From NCBI RefSeq assembly GCF_046119375.1, contig NW_027362916.1:1-64000 (forward strand): DNA of 64,000 nucleotides, written 5' to 3'. A program made the translations under genes and the position numbers. The notes under the pieces are model-generated. The model did no database searches. It saw only the letters and a list, made by a program, of their open reading frames with translations, and was not told where the DNA came from. Source of the stretch: Phyllobates terribilis. Taxonomy: Eukaryota. This document shows positions 36,956 through 50,056 of this stretch, piece after piece; positions within the stretch are counted from its first letter, which is position 1, and each line of letters begins with the position of its first letter.

Positions 36956-38586
36956 CAGTGGGTACGGAAAGTATTCAGACCCCTTTAAGTTTTTCACTTT
37001 TTGTTTCATTGCAGCCATTTGGTAAATTCTAAAAAATTATTTTTTTTTTCTCATTAAAGGCCACTCTGCACCCCATCTTGACTGAAAAAAAACAGAAATG
37101 TAGAAATTTTTGCAAATTTATTAAAGAAAAACTGAAATATCACACGGGCATAAGTATTCAGACCATTTGCTCAGTATTGAGTAGAAGCACTCTTTTGAGC
37201 TAGTACAGCCATGAGTCTTCTTGGGAATGATGCAACAAGTTTTTCACACCTGGATTTGGGGATCCTCTGCCATTCTTCCTTGCAGAACCTCTCCAGTTCC
37301 ATCAGGTTGGATGGTGAATGTTGGTGGACAGCCATTTTCAGGTCTCTCCAGAGATGCTCAATTAGGTTTAGGTCAGGGTTGTGGCTGGGCCAGTCAAGAA
37401 TGGTCACAGAGTTGTTCTGAAGCCACTCCTTTGTTATTTTAGCTGTGTGCTTAGTGTCAATGTTTTGTTGAAAGGTGAACCTTCATCCAAGTCTGAGGTC
37501 CAGAGCACTCTGGAAGAGGTCATCATCTAGGATATCTCTGTACTTGGCCCATTCATGTTTCCTTCAATTGCAACCAGTTGTCCTGTCCCTGCAGCTGAAA
37601 AACACCTCCATAGCATGATGCTGCCACCACCATGTTTCACTGCTGGGATTGGATTGGGCAGGTGATGAGCAGTGCCTGGTTTTCTCCACACATATTGCTT
37701 AGAATTATCACCAAAAAGTTCTATCTTTGTCTCATCAGACCAGAGAATCTTATTTCTCATAGTCTGGGAGTCCTTAATATGTTTTTGAGCAAACTATGTG
37801 GGCTTTCATATGTCTTGCACTGAAGAGAGGATTCCGTCGGGCCACTCTGCCATAAAGGTCTGACTGGTGGAGGGCTGCAGTGATAGTTGACTTTGTGGAA
37901 CTTTCTCCCATCTCCCTACTGCATCTCTGGAGCTCAGCCACAGTGATCTTGGGGTTCTTCTTTACCTCTCTCACCAAGGCTCTTCTCCCATGATTGCTCA
38001 GTTTGGTTGGACGGCCAGGTCTAGGAAGACTTCTGGTGGTCCCAAACTTCTTCCATTTAAGGATTATGGAGACCACTGTGCTCTTAGGAACCTTGAGTAA
38101 TGCAGAAATTCTTTTGTAACCTTGGCCAGATCTGTGCCTTGCCACAATTCTGTCTCTGAGCTCCTTGGGCAGTTCCTTTGAGCTCATGATTCTCATTTGG
38201 TCTGACATGCACTGTGAGCTGTGAGGTCTTATATTGACAGGTGTGTGCCTTTCCAAATCAAGTCCTATCAGTTTAATTAAATACAGCTGGACTCCAATGA
38301 AGGAGTAGAACCATCTTAAGGAGGATCACAAGGAAATGGAAACCATGTGACTCAAATATGAGTTTCTGAGCAAATGGTCTGAATATTTATGACCATGTGA
38401 TATTTCAGTTTTTCTTTTTTAATACATTTGCAAAAATTTCTACATTTCTGTGTTTTTTCAGTCAAGATGGGGTGCAGAGTGTACTTTAATGAGAAAAAAA
38501 ATGAAGTTTTTAGAATTTACCAAATGGCTGCAATGAAACAAAGAGTGAAAAATGTAAAGGGATCTCAATACTTTCCGTACCCACTG
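36956..38586 (-). mobile_element. Full-length Tc1 (IR/DR type), 1631 bp, transposase decayed
   Basis: TA|CAGTGGGTACGGAAAGTATT ... AATACTTTCCGTACCCACTG|TA. Transposase pieces [44 protein letters not shown] lie in different frames. Confidence 0.95.
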
Positions 38587-39064
38587 TATGGTCCAATGAT
38601 ACAGAGAAAAAACAGTATGTATTGACAGGGATCACCACAATATATAAATTAAAATTATTTTATTAAACAATTACCTAGACAAACATATCACAGCTAAAAA
38701 CAGTTAAAAAGCACAACGCTTGAACAAAATAACAAGCCGCCACATAATATTGTATTGGCTAACCTCAAAAAGAGTCACCAGAAATAAATGGCTTGAGGCT
38801 ATGTGCCCACGATGCAGAAATGAAGCAGAAAATTTCTGCAGCGTTTCTGCATTTCTGCATCTCCCTTGCCAGAAAAACGCATGCGTTTTTTTTACTCGTT
38901 TTTGACGCGTTTTTTCATGCGGATTTTACTTGCGTTTTTGTTGCATATCTAAAGCGTTTTTGAGACCAAATAAAGTTTATTTAAAAAAAAAAAAAAGGGA
39001 GAAATTCTGATGTAATTTCCTAGTTCAACCCCTCTTTACCATTTTGCTTTTTGTAAGAGAAAAG

Positions 39065-41441
39065 ATGCCAGAGGAATTGCAGCCCCTACGGCGCAGCAGA
39101 CAATGCCTTTTGCTGCTGACTTGCTTAAATCTCATGCACTACTACGTTGAGCAGGTAATATAAAGTAGATCTTTTTTTGTGTTACATTATTTGTATGTAG
39201 TGTGTGTACTAACCTATATTGTTATATAGGAGCGGTTAAGGAGGAGAAGACGACCCAAAAAGATGTGGGTGCACCCTATCTTGCTTGAGCGTGCGGACAA
39301 GGGCCACTTCAATCTTCTTTACCAGGATTTAAGGACGTAAGATATATGTTCATAAAGTCTAAGGTCACACTTGTATACCCTTTTTTTTTTTAACGTTTTT
39401 GCTTGTATACTCTAAAATTATATTTTAATCCTATTTTTTTTTTTTTATACAAAGTTTTCCGGAAAAATTTCAACAATTTTGCCGTCTGAACATTACCGCG
39501 TTTGATCGTCTGCTAAGCATTATTTCTCCTGACCTGGACTACCAAGACACCGTAATGTGAAGGGCCATCTCTGCTGAGGAAAAGCTGCTCATCACCTTGC
39601 GGTAAGTTGAATGTTATATGTTTTTTATTATTTTTTAGATCTAAGCAACATATGCTGCCATGGGCAGAAAAATTATTGATTCAGGATTTCCACATTATGT
39701 TGTTCAGCTTTTATTTTTTTCTCCGATTTAGGACAATAGTACATTATTATAATAGAAACACCTCACCAATTCTGCATTTATCAACCATAGCCTGTTTCAC
39801 ATGTACACATCTACAGCACCTTCCCAAAAAATGTTCTAGAGATCCGTTCCCCGTGTGTCGTGTGTGTTTTCCGTGTTGTAGTTGTGTGCATTACGTGTGC
39901 TTCACCTGGATCACATGGATGGACTTCTGGGAGTCAGCACTACAATCGATAATCCCAAGAGTCTGTGCTGAACGCTGCCCTCATCATGGTTTTCTACTGG
40001 CACTGTGCTCAGCACCGGCAGGGACCATGATGGGGGGGTTAGTATTGTGTCCCCAACTGTAAAAATTAAGAATAAAGTAATAGCAATCATTATGTCTCTT
40101 GTCTCTGGTATGTCTGGAAACTGTCATCACTCTTACCATAGAAACTGATTAGTTAGTTAGTCACCCTGTGGTGATGGCTCCCCTGTGTCTGTGTACCTAA
40201 TTTGGGCTTTACCATGAGATCAGCATGCACACAGATCAGATTGAAAAGGTAACTGATGTGTGAACTCTAGAGCAAACATCGTAGGCAAACACAGACACAA
40301 AATGAAAACAGAATAGAATTGATGTGTGAACTCAAGAGCAAACAAAATCTGAAAAAACAAATACTAAAATGTGTGTCCAAACCCCTGACCCCCCCCAAAA
40401 AAAAGCTGATCGATGGAATAGTACTTTGTAATAGTCAGTCATTTTTAACAGAGTAATCAGAATTACTGTTGGCTTCTATTTCTTTCTATGGCTTTTCTAA
40501 TATATTTTTCCTTTTCAGGTTTTTGGCCACAGGAGAGAGCTATACATCACTGCACCTCCAATTTCGGGTTGGTAATTCCACCATTTCCAGAATTGTGAGG
40601 TGCACATGTACCGTCATCTGGCAGAAGTTGCAGCCCATTGTGATGCCTTCCCCAACCGAGGAGACTTGGCTGCAGGTCGCAGCAGGCTTTGAAACTGTGG
40701 CCAATTTCCCCAACTGCATTGGTGTTGTTGATGGCAAACATGTGAGAGTTCAGCAGCCACCACGATCAGGATCACGCTTCTTTAATTATAAGAAGTATTT
40801 TTCCGTGGTCCTGATGGCGGTGGCTGAGGCACATTACAAATTTGTTGCCATCGACGTTGGTGCTTATGGCAGTACAGGGGACTCTTGGGTGTTTAGATCA
40901 TCACATATTGGGCTGCAAATTCTTCAAGATGGCGGAACACTCCCAGCCCCAAGACCTTTGCCAGGTTCCACACATCCAGTTCCTTTTGTGATGGTATCGG
41001 ATGAGGCATTTCCCTTACAGACCGACCTGCTGCGCCCATTACCCACGAAGGGCACTGGATGACCGGCGGAGGATTTTTAATTATCGGCTGAGTCGTGCAC
41101 GCAGATATGTGGAATGCACCTTTGGAATCATGTGTAGTCAGTGGAGGATCTTTCACACTGCCATGCAGTTGGATACGGAGACCGTTGACACTGTAATTAA
41201 GGCATTCTGTGTACTCCACAACTATGCTCGTGAATACAGCACTGAGCAAGATGAGGAGTCACAGCTGTCTGAATTAATTACAGTTGTCAACTCTGGTCAG
41301 GGAAGGCCATCCAACTCTGGTGCCAGTGTGCGAGAAACCTTCGCTGACTACTTCATAAGTGCTGAAGGTGGCGTGCAATGGCAATGCTCCTATGCTGGTG
41401 TTGAGCAGCCTGACCAGCAGAGAAGATCTGATCAACAGTAA
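39065..41441 (+). pseudogene. Harbinger DDE transposase (HARBI1-like), 4 exons, disabled
   Basis: Exons 39065-39154, 39230-39336, 39455-39601, 40519-41441 (GT-AG, phases 0,2,2). Motifs KMWVHP, EEKLLITLRFLATGE, VDGKH, VSDEAFPL, RARRYVECTFG. In-frame TGA at 39558 and a frameshift at ~41040. Confidence 0.9.
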
Positions 41442-42466
41442 AGAAGAACTTCCTGTCTTCATTTTTTTTTCTGGAAAATGTTTAAAAATTTTTTTTAAAA
41501 TAATGAATAAATTTTGTTTAAATTTTAATTTGTCTCCAATATTTCTTGAATTGCCACCTTCTACGTATTGTTTTAGGACCATACGTCAACGCAAAAGTGA
41601 ACAACCCACAAGTATCAGTGCCTGGAAATTAGCTTTACTACCTAGAGCGCTCTTCCCAAGTACTGTCTGCTAAAGTCATCCCTCATCATTGTTATTTGCT
41701 TGCGCAAAGAGCAGAACTAGCAAAAAACAGTGTTGAGAGTAGTATCCATCCAAAACTTAGTTGTGGTCAAAAATATCAAAGTATATTTCTAATTTAAAAA
41801 CGACTGTATACAGCCGACCACACACGTAGAGTAGTTGAAAAAAAATAAACATTTAGAGTTCCTCTGACCTGCGCTATTGTGAGCACAGATCGGGCGACCA
41901 CTTTTTCAGTTAAACCAAATCCAACCACATATACACTTGATAAGTAAAATGAACACATAGATTAACCAATTTTGTTTTAATAAATAAAATAGAATAACTT
42001 TAAATATTTTTTAAACAGAAAACAAGAAACTTTTGAGAACATTTATTTGGACAAACATTGCCCATAACTTGTTAATAACTAGCACATTGGGTACGGCAGA
42101 GCTGTCCTGTCATCAGTTTAGGGCCATAAAATATGGGCAGCACCTGTAGGTTGTTTAATTATATAAAACGAAACACCTTTTATTACATTCCCCTACGCCT
42201 GAAGCCTGGTATAGGTGACCATAAGAAAAGGTGTTTGTTAAATTATTTTCAAAAAAATTGTGTATCTAACAACCTACAGGTGCTGTCTGTATTTGCTATG
42301 GTCCAAAAATGATGACAGGGAGGGTTAAATGGTTTAACTGCAAGTTATGAAATTGTTGCTCGAAGCCGTACCCAGAAAACATTTATTGTGTAAAACTCGC
42401 ATTTGGGGATGGTCCTCTGATAAAAGATGAGCCACCAGGGGCCATTTGGCGACCATAAGTTTGTTC

Positions 42467-43753
42467 TTATTCTTTGGGCCGGTATGCTTCAACCTGCCCA
42501 AAACGCTGCGTTGCTGCTGGTGGTGGTGGTGGAGGCACACTGGGATTGAACAAATTATGTATGACATTAACTATGGCTGGGGGTGAGGGCATAACTGATG
42601 CCCCATCAATTGCCGTTAACAGAGCATTTGCTGCTGTAATGTAAATGTTCTGCTTCTCTCGTGGCATGGATCGGAGGTGGGCAGCTATGGATAAGCCAAC
42701 TAAATCCAGGGGATCTTCCTGGCATGTCCTTTCTACAAGACTGAGGGTACGTTTAGTCAGGGCTTCAAACAGACTAGTCACACCCTCGTGGCTTTTGGCC
42801 TTTTTTTTGGTCGCCCTTCTCAATGCCACGGGACGAGCAGAAGCTGACCCCCTCCCAGTAGGCCTCGACACATCACCAGTAGAGCTACCGGCAGCGCTTG
42901 GACCAGGAGCAGCAGTCCCCAAACCGGTATCGACGTCCGCTTCAGTTACGGAACAACAGTGGCAGAAGCAGATGTCTCCGGCAACGAAAGCTGTACAATT
43001 GGATGGAATTCCTCCTCTACTTCATCCTTTCTTGCGTCGGTTTCTGTTGATGGAGCACTGATGTTGCCTTCAGTTCTAAAAGAAAAGGTAAAAAATACTG
43101 TTAATACCACATTTTTTTAAACATTGCAATTACTATTTTTTGCGAAATTACCTCCGCAAACTCCTGCTGGTTAGCATAAACGCAAGTTCATCTGCATACG
43201 GTACTTTTCGTTTACGTGGCGATGCGCCACTTTTCACCGACTGGTGATACTTCACCAGCCGGTCGGTGACCGATCGCCATTGGCTTTTCACATCACACAC
43301 TACAATAACAAAACAAAAAACAATTTAGTAACTGCTTTAACAACAAAAATGCAATTAAAAATAGATCTAACAATAAAGGTAAAAATCAATACTCACTAAT
43401 TTCCTCATGGGCATCACGATCCGCATTCACCCACTGGTGATAGATTTCCCGCAAGACAGAGGCCCAGGCGTCCTTTTTTTTCTGTTTGTCTTTATTACAG
43501 TCGCTTGCGCTGTCCCAGATTTCGGGATATTTTTCAATCTATAGTGAATAACATAACGTCTGTGAATATTTTTTCTTTAAAAAAAAGGGTGGAATAAAGG
43601 AGTAATAAAGAAAAAAATAAAATAAATAAACATTCACACACACACGCAAAACATATGGCGATATCTACGCACACACCAACACTAACCCCTCACCTATATT
43701 GTACGGTTCTTTCACACGTCAATCTCCGGGACGAGTGTTGATGCCATTTTCCA
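42467..43753 (-). pseudogene. Harbinger accessory Myb/SANT-like (MADF) DNA-binding protein with BESS-like tail
   Basis: Exons ~43690-43753, 43396-43538 (IEKYPEIWD..KKKDAWASV), 43152-43299 (WRSVTDRL..SGASPRKRKVPYADELAFM) and 42467-43075 (EDPLDLVGLSIAAHLRSMPREKQ). Apparent frameshifts in the first and last exons. Confidence 0.8.
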
Positions 43754-46199
43754 CACATACCGGAGACCCACACACAGACCCATTCCAAAGCATGCTCGGT
43801 CACACATATCTGTAGTAATGTGGATATGTGGACGTGAGAAATTAACCTTACAGCGTATGCAGGAGCTTTGAGTCAATGAACCTACATACGCTGTCCAATA
43901 ATCTTTCAGTTCAATAAATAATTGAAAAAAAAAAAATGTGGGCTCCCGCATAGCTTTAATAACTAGCAGAGGGAAAGCAGACGGTTGAGGGCTGATGTTA
44001 TAGTCTGGGAAGTAGGCAATAAGCATGGCCCCTTCCCTTGCTATTAATACCAGCCCGCAGCAGTTAGATTAACCTTTACTGGCCATTGTACAGGGGGACC
44101 CCCACAAAAAAAATGACGTGGGGTCCCCCTATAAGTTGTAGCCAGCAAAGGCTAGGCAGACAGCTGCGACCTGATATTAATAGCCAAGAAAGGGGCCATC
44201 GTTGTAGGCCCCCTCCCAGGCTATAATATCAGCCCTCAGCCGCCCCAGATTTGGCGCATCTTATTTGTGCGCCAAATCTGGCACTTAGCATCGCTCTTCC
44301 ACGCTGCCCTGGTGCGGTGGCAGGGGGTAATAGTGGTGGGGTTCATGTCAGCGCCAGCTGCCATGAAGCCCAGGTTAGTAATGATGGGCGTCTATAAGAC
44401 ACCCCCATTACTAACCTACAAAGTGTTAAAAAGAAAAAACACACACTACACCCAGAAAAATATAATTTATTTGAAATAAAACAGACCATTTTATTTAATT
44501 CTTAGTTTACAAAAAAAAAAATAGTTACCTGTCCACGTTCCTGCGCTGATCTCCCATGCACAGCTGTCACATCTGGAGATGGTGACAGCTGTGCTTGGCT
44601 GCTGTAAGCTCACACTGCGGGGAACACGTCCGCTCCCGGCAGCGGGAGCCCCTGACTGAGGTCACCGGAGTGCATTCAGGCAGCGCAGCTCCGGAGACCT
44701 CCTTTACGGCACTGCTGTTCCGTGGGAATTTCTCACGATACAGCAGGGCCGTAAAGGAGCTGACCGGAGCAGCGCTGCCTGAACTCCGGCGAACCCGCTT
44801 ATGCAATGACGGAGCTGCTTTACGGCCCCATCATTCTATCGGCGGCAGCGGTTCAGAGCGGTCACATTCTATGTGGCTGCTCTAAACTGGAGATCTTCGT
44901 GGGACACTCGTGGACTACTACGGAGGGGTAAGGATAAGGTTGTGGTTTATTATTTTAGATTTTATTACAGGAGATCGATGGCTTCGGGGAATTAGGTGTC
45001 TAGGTGAGTATAGGTGTATTTTTTTATTTTTTATTTATTTTAGGTGGCGATCGGCGGGGACAGGTAATGATTTAAATATTCATAGGTAAGCACTGGCCAC
45101 CAATGAAAAAAAAAAGGGACAGTAAATAATCTTGGGGACAATAAAAACATAATAAAAAAAAACACAAAAAAAACGTTTGTATATATTATAGAGAGAGAGA
45201 GAGATCTAAAGGGAATATGATGGCACCCTCCAAAAAAAAAAAGGAATAGGAATAGGGCCAATAATATATGGGGGCTATAATTTCATTTTGGGGCACATTT
45301 TACAGCAGGATCAGGCTGATGGGAACTACTGCTCCCATCGAGCTGCTCCTGCTGGCACTAGTGGACGGGGGACAGACATAGGCCGATGGGAGTAGTAGTC
45401 TCACATCGGCCTATGTCTCCCTGCTGACACCTGCGCACACAGACCCCACACAGACACATACAGACACTTACCACACTAATCATGAATCCCACGTTCAGAT
45501 TCATGCGCTTGTACCATCCCAGATGAGCAGCCATGATCCTGACAGACGGGAATACTATGGGATTCTCGTCTTCCTGGATTATGGGATGCTTATGGGATGC
45601 TCATGGGATGGCTGGAACGCCCAATTGTGAGCTCACTTCCTATTTGCTGCGGTTTTGTGGTACAAGACCGCATCAAATACGCTTCAATTCCGCAAGTATT
45701 TTTACATATTTGCGGATTTCAAGCGTCCCAAAGCAAGTCAATGGCGGCGCTTCCGCTGCGTTTCCCCAAAATTAATGAACATGCTGCGGATTTTTGAGCG
45801 CCGCAGAAAGGCTGCGGAAAAATCCGCAGCATGTGCATTGACATTGCGGAATGCCATTGGGGACCATGGGGTGCGGATTACCAAGCGTTTTTGAGGCGTT
45901 TCCGCTGCGGAAATTCCGCAGCGGAAACGCATGAAAAACGCATCGTGGGCACACAGCCTAAGGGTTTAAAAGAAATGGGGACCAAGCCTGAAGGTACGAC
46001 TGCTCATGTGACCTCATCACTGTTCCACATAAAATAAAATCTACACATATATAATTACCTTGTACTGCTTTTTCTGCTATACCTACACTAAATATTACCT
46101 TTATGTAAATATAAAGCTGTCCTGTGTTGGATAAAAGTAAAATAGGACCTTTCTAGAGCATGTACAGTATGTAGGTGAAGATTGCAATACCTGAATAAC

Positions 46200-47028
46200 T
46201 TACTAATTTACACTTGTTTAAATTACATTTTTATTTGAAATCCCCTTTTAATATTCCACATAATCATTCCTTTGCAGCCATTAAAAAATTACTTTTTTCA
46301 TGTATACAATAAATAGCTTTTTGATTTTCTAACAGATGCAATAAAGATTCCTGTAAAGGAAAACGAATATGCTTAGGAAAAGAATTTAAGACTGGATCTC
46401 CCAGTCTTCTTTTTGTAAACATTGTTGGTGACCCAACTTGCAAGCTGAAACCTCCTCCGAGTCCAGAAACCCTTCCTTCAACCATTACATTTATACAAAT
46501 AAGGTAAATAATATCGAGGTTCTACATTCATGACAACCACAATGACTGCTAATGTGACAAGTAAAATTATAGTTTCAGTAGCAAGATAAAGATTGGATCC
46601 TGTTTGGTTACATCAAGAAAGATTACTTTCATACCACATAATTGGATCTAAACCTTTTTTTCCAATTTTAAAAGTTTATACCTTTATTGCCATTTTCAAA
46701 AATTTGAATGTTTAGTACACATAATCGATCAATCTGTTGAAATAAAATGCTGTATGGTGCTCACTATGGGTCAAACTATATATTGAGGTCCAGACATGTT
46801 TACATGCATTCAGTCAGATACAATAAAAAGCCATGCTTTTTTTAGAGATAAAGTTCTCTTAAATCATTAATTCTGGTTGCATCAGATAACCGCAAAATCA
46901 CATATTGTAAGATGCCATACTGTGTCCTCCATACAGGTATTACAATATTTAATATTTTAAAAATTACATGTTTTCAAAACCTATGTTTGTCATATGTACA
47001 GTGGTATTCTTAATGAGAAGCATATTTA
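46200..47028 (-). pseudogene. Possible highly decayed Toll-like-receptor-like relic (LRR, LRRCT, TM, start of TIR)
   Basis: Stitched frames: INMLLIKNTT..FENM*FLKY; LRELYL; FYCI*LNA..W; CNQTGSNLYLATETIILLVTLAVIVVV (TM); RYYLPYLY..WLKE. Many stops; identification by eye only. Confidence 0.35.
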
Positions 47029-48951
47029 TTAGTGATGAGCGAGAGTGCTTGGATAAACCTCGAGCATTTCAGTGCTCGAATGTGTTCGGTACTCAATGAG
47101 TACAGACAGCTAATAAACATGCAGGGACCGCCAATAAACATGGAGGGATTGCCTGCCAATACAGTAATGCTGCAGCCATGTTGACTACTGGAATTACTGT
47201 GATTGAGTGGCCGTATCTCACATGTGATGCTCGGTACAAGCAGTTCAGGGAGAGTTATGTTGGAGGGAAAGCTTAGATTAGAGCAGGGATATAGCTATTT
47301 ATTAAATAAATAAAAGAAAAAAAGACAAGGGGTCCCCACCATTTTTGATTACCAGCTAAGGCAAAGCAGACAGCAGCGGGCTGATTTATTAGCTATCAGC
47401 TGTCTCCTTTGCCTTAACTGGCTATCAAAAATGGGGGGAACCCAAAATAGTTTTTTCATTTATTTATTAGATTAAACAAATACATTTAAAAAAAGATTTG
47501 GGGTTCCTCCCTATTTTTGATAACCAGCTAAGGAAAGCAGAGCGCTGATATTATTACGCTGGGAAAGTTCATGGCCATTTGGTCTTTCACAGACTAAAAA
47601 TACCAGCCCGCAGACACCCCAGAACCAGCATATCACATTAGATGCGCCAGTTCTGGCACCCTGTCTCACTTCTTCCTGATGCCCTGGTGCGGTGGCAATG
47701 GGGTAATCGTAGTTGGGGTTGATGACAGATGTGATTTGTGAAAGATCACAGTTACTATCAAGCCTATTCATAGTATAATTAATTAATTGATTTGATTAGT
47801 TGGAGTAAAACTACAGCATCCCATTCATTGTTCAACATGCATAATGCTATATATTTGTTTGGCCTGATTTTCAGTAAATAATAGAGTAACAAAGATTTGT
47901 ACAGAGCTGAACCAATGAAACAGTTAATATGATGCTGTAATGAGGTGCTATGACAAAAACCTCTGCACTCAGTATAGTTATTATGGAACAAATATTTTAA
48001 TTATAAATGCAGTCCAGGAAAACAAACGTTTGGGCCGACATGGCCTTCATCAGTGCAATCCGACCGCTGTGAAGATCAAGGATGGGAGGGGGAAGAGGCT
48101 GGACTCCGTGTCTCAAGAGGTGAGGGACAGTTGGACCTGCCATATGAGGGTGTGGGGCTGGAACGCAGTATCCACCACTAGTTCATGTGCCTACCCCACA
48201 CCCTCATCTGGTAGGTGACACAGGTCCAACTGACCCTCACCTCTTGAGACACAGAGTCCAGCCTCTTCCCCATCCTATCCCTGATGTCGTGAGTGGAGAC
48301 TGAGGCAGTGGATAGCGTGATCCAGAGTTCAGACAAGGGAAAGCAGTAGAAGGACTGAGTGTTGAGAACAAAGACGGGTCATGTAACAAGACGCCCAACT
48401 GTACCGCCCCAAGTGAGATAGGTAACAGGCCAAGAAGGAACAGCCGCTGGCTAGTGATGAGCAAACCCGAACTGTAAAGTTTGAGGTTAGTACCTGATGA
48501 ACTCGAAACACAGACTTCTTATGGAAGTCTGTTGTACAGTTCAGGTTCGGATGCCGAATGAAGTTTGTTGAATCAACAAGCTTTTTGGCTGTGGGCACTT
48601 CCAGAGCCATCACAGCTGTGCCAATACCATAGCAATCTTAAAATGGCTGGGTAGTTCCAAAGACTACAATTCTTTGGACACAGTAATTTTATGTGACACA
48701 TGCTTGTGTAAGGCGGGGATGGCACACCCGGAGAAGTAGTTGTAGCTGAAGACCAAGTACCGAGGGATGGCTGCCACCGGGAGGTTATGGAAAGCTTACA
48801 TGCCCTGAATTCACAGCATGAGAAAATAATCGGCATGAGAAAATAATCGCAGATGTGAGCTGCACCTTAGGGTAACATTCAACCGAGTGCTATGCGATTT
48901 TTTATGAGATGGCACTAGTCCCATTACATCGCAAGTGGGAGCAAGCCCTAA

Positions 48952-50056
48952 GGCTGTGTGCCCACGTAGTGTTTTTCAAGCGTTTACGGTGCGTAAAATA
49001 CGCAGCGTAAAATCTTAAAAAAAGCTAGTAAATACGCACCTCATTATCCCCTATGGCAGTGTTTCTCAACTCCAGTCCTCAGGACCCCCCAACAGATCAG
49101 GTTTTCAGGATCTCCTTAGTATTGCACAGGTGATGGAATTATTATCAAGGCACCAAAATATGCCACAGGTTCTCTCACCTGTTCAATACTAAGGAGATCC
49201 TGAAAACCTGATCTGTTGGGGGGGTCCTGAGGACTGGAGTTGAGAAACACTGCCCTATGGGATAACGCAAGTGCTGTGCACATGCTGCGTATTTTTATGC
49301 AGCAGAAATGCTTTGTGTAAAAATACGCAGCATGTTCATTATTTCGGCGTTTGCACAGCGTAATCGCCGCCATAGACTTGTATTGAAACACTCAATATAC
49401 GCATGGCTACATGCCCATGATGAGCATATTGAGCGTTCAATGTGCGGATGGTACCCGGGTCTGGAGGAGAAGAGACTCTCCTCCAGGCCCAGGTACCATT
49501 TACCTGTAGTAAAAAAAATAATGAAAATAAAAAAAAATGAATATTCTCACCTACCGCCAGCGCGATCTCCTGTCCCCGAACCTCGTACAGTCTTTTCTGT
49601 TGTGGTGAAGGACCTGTGATGACGCGTGACCTGTCACATGAACAGCTGACGTCCTCACAGGTCCTTCACCACTACAGAAGACTGCACGAGGATCGCGGAC
49701 GGGAGATCGCGCCGGCAGAGGGTGAGAATAATGATTTGTTTAAAAAATTTTTTATTATTTTTTACATTCTATCATTTACTATTGATGCAGCATCAATAGT
49801 AAAAGTTGGTCACACTTGTCAAGCACTATGCTTGACAAGTGTGACCAACCTATCAGCACTTGTCAATCACTTTTCCAAGTGATGCTAGCATCACTTAGAA
49901 AAGCGCTTGCCAATACGCATGAAAAGTAAACATGCCAAAATGCTTGATTTAGGCGGGAAAAACGCATGCAAATTAAACATGCGTTTTTCCCACGAGGGAG
50001 ATGCAGAAATGAAGCAGAAAATGTTTGCTTCATTTCTGCAACGTGGGCACATAGCC
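48952..50056. mobile_element. Non-autonomous Harbinger of the same family as 38797-45958, opposite orientation
   Basis: GGCTGTGTGCCCACG ... CGTGGGCACATAGCC; the subterminal TGCAGAAATGAAGCAGAAAAT is shared with the 38797 end. Confidence 0.8.
49057..49252. mobile_element. 196-bp hAT MITE nested in the Harbinger MITE
   Basis: CAGTGTTTCTCAACTCCAGTCCTCAG ... CTGAGGACTGGAGTTGAGAAACACTG; perfect 8-bp TSD CCCTATGG. Confidence 0.95.

Larger units (their letters stand above)
38797..45958. mobile_element. Autonomous-type PIF/Harbinger transposon (~7.16 kb) with convergent transposase and Myb/MADF genes
   Basis: TIRs GGCTATGTGCCCACGATGC ... GCATCGTGGGCACACAGCC; flanks TGA/TAA (near TWA); two convergent intron-containing genes inside. 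Confidence 0.85.

Noticed and set aside
39065-41441. Domesticated host HARBI1 gene
   Set aside because: Enclosed by TIRs with a MADF partner and carries a nonsense codon and a frameshift; it is a transposon copy.
47780-48030. Upstream LRR continuation of the TLR-like relic (CFPGLHL*LKYLF..)
   Set aside because: Overlaps the hammerhead-like/PLE tail at 48024-48053 and the LRR pattern is too weak; excluded from the call.
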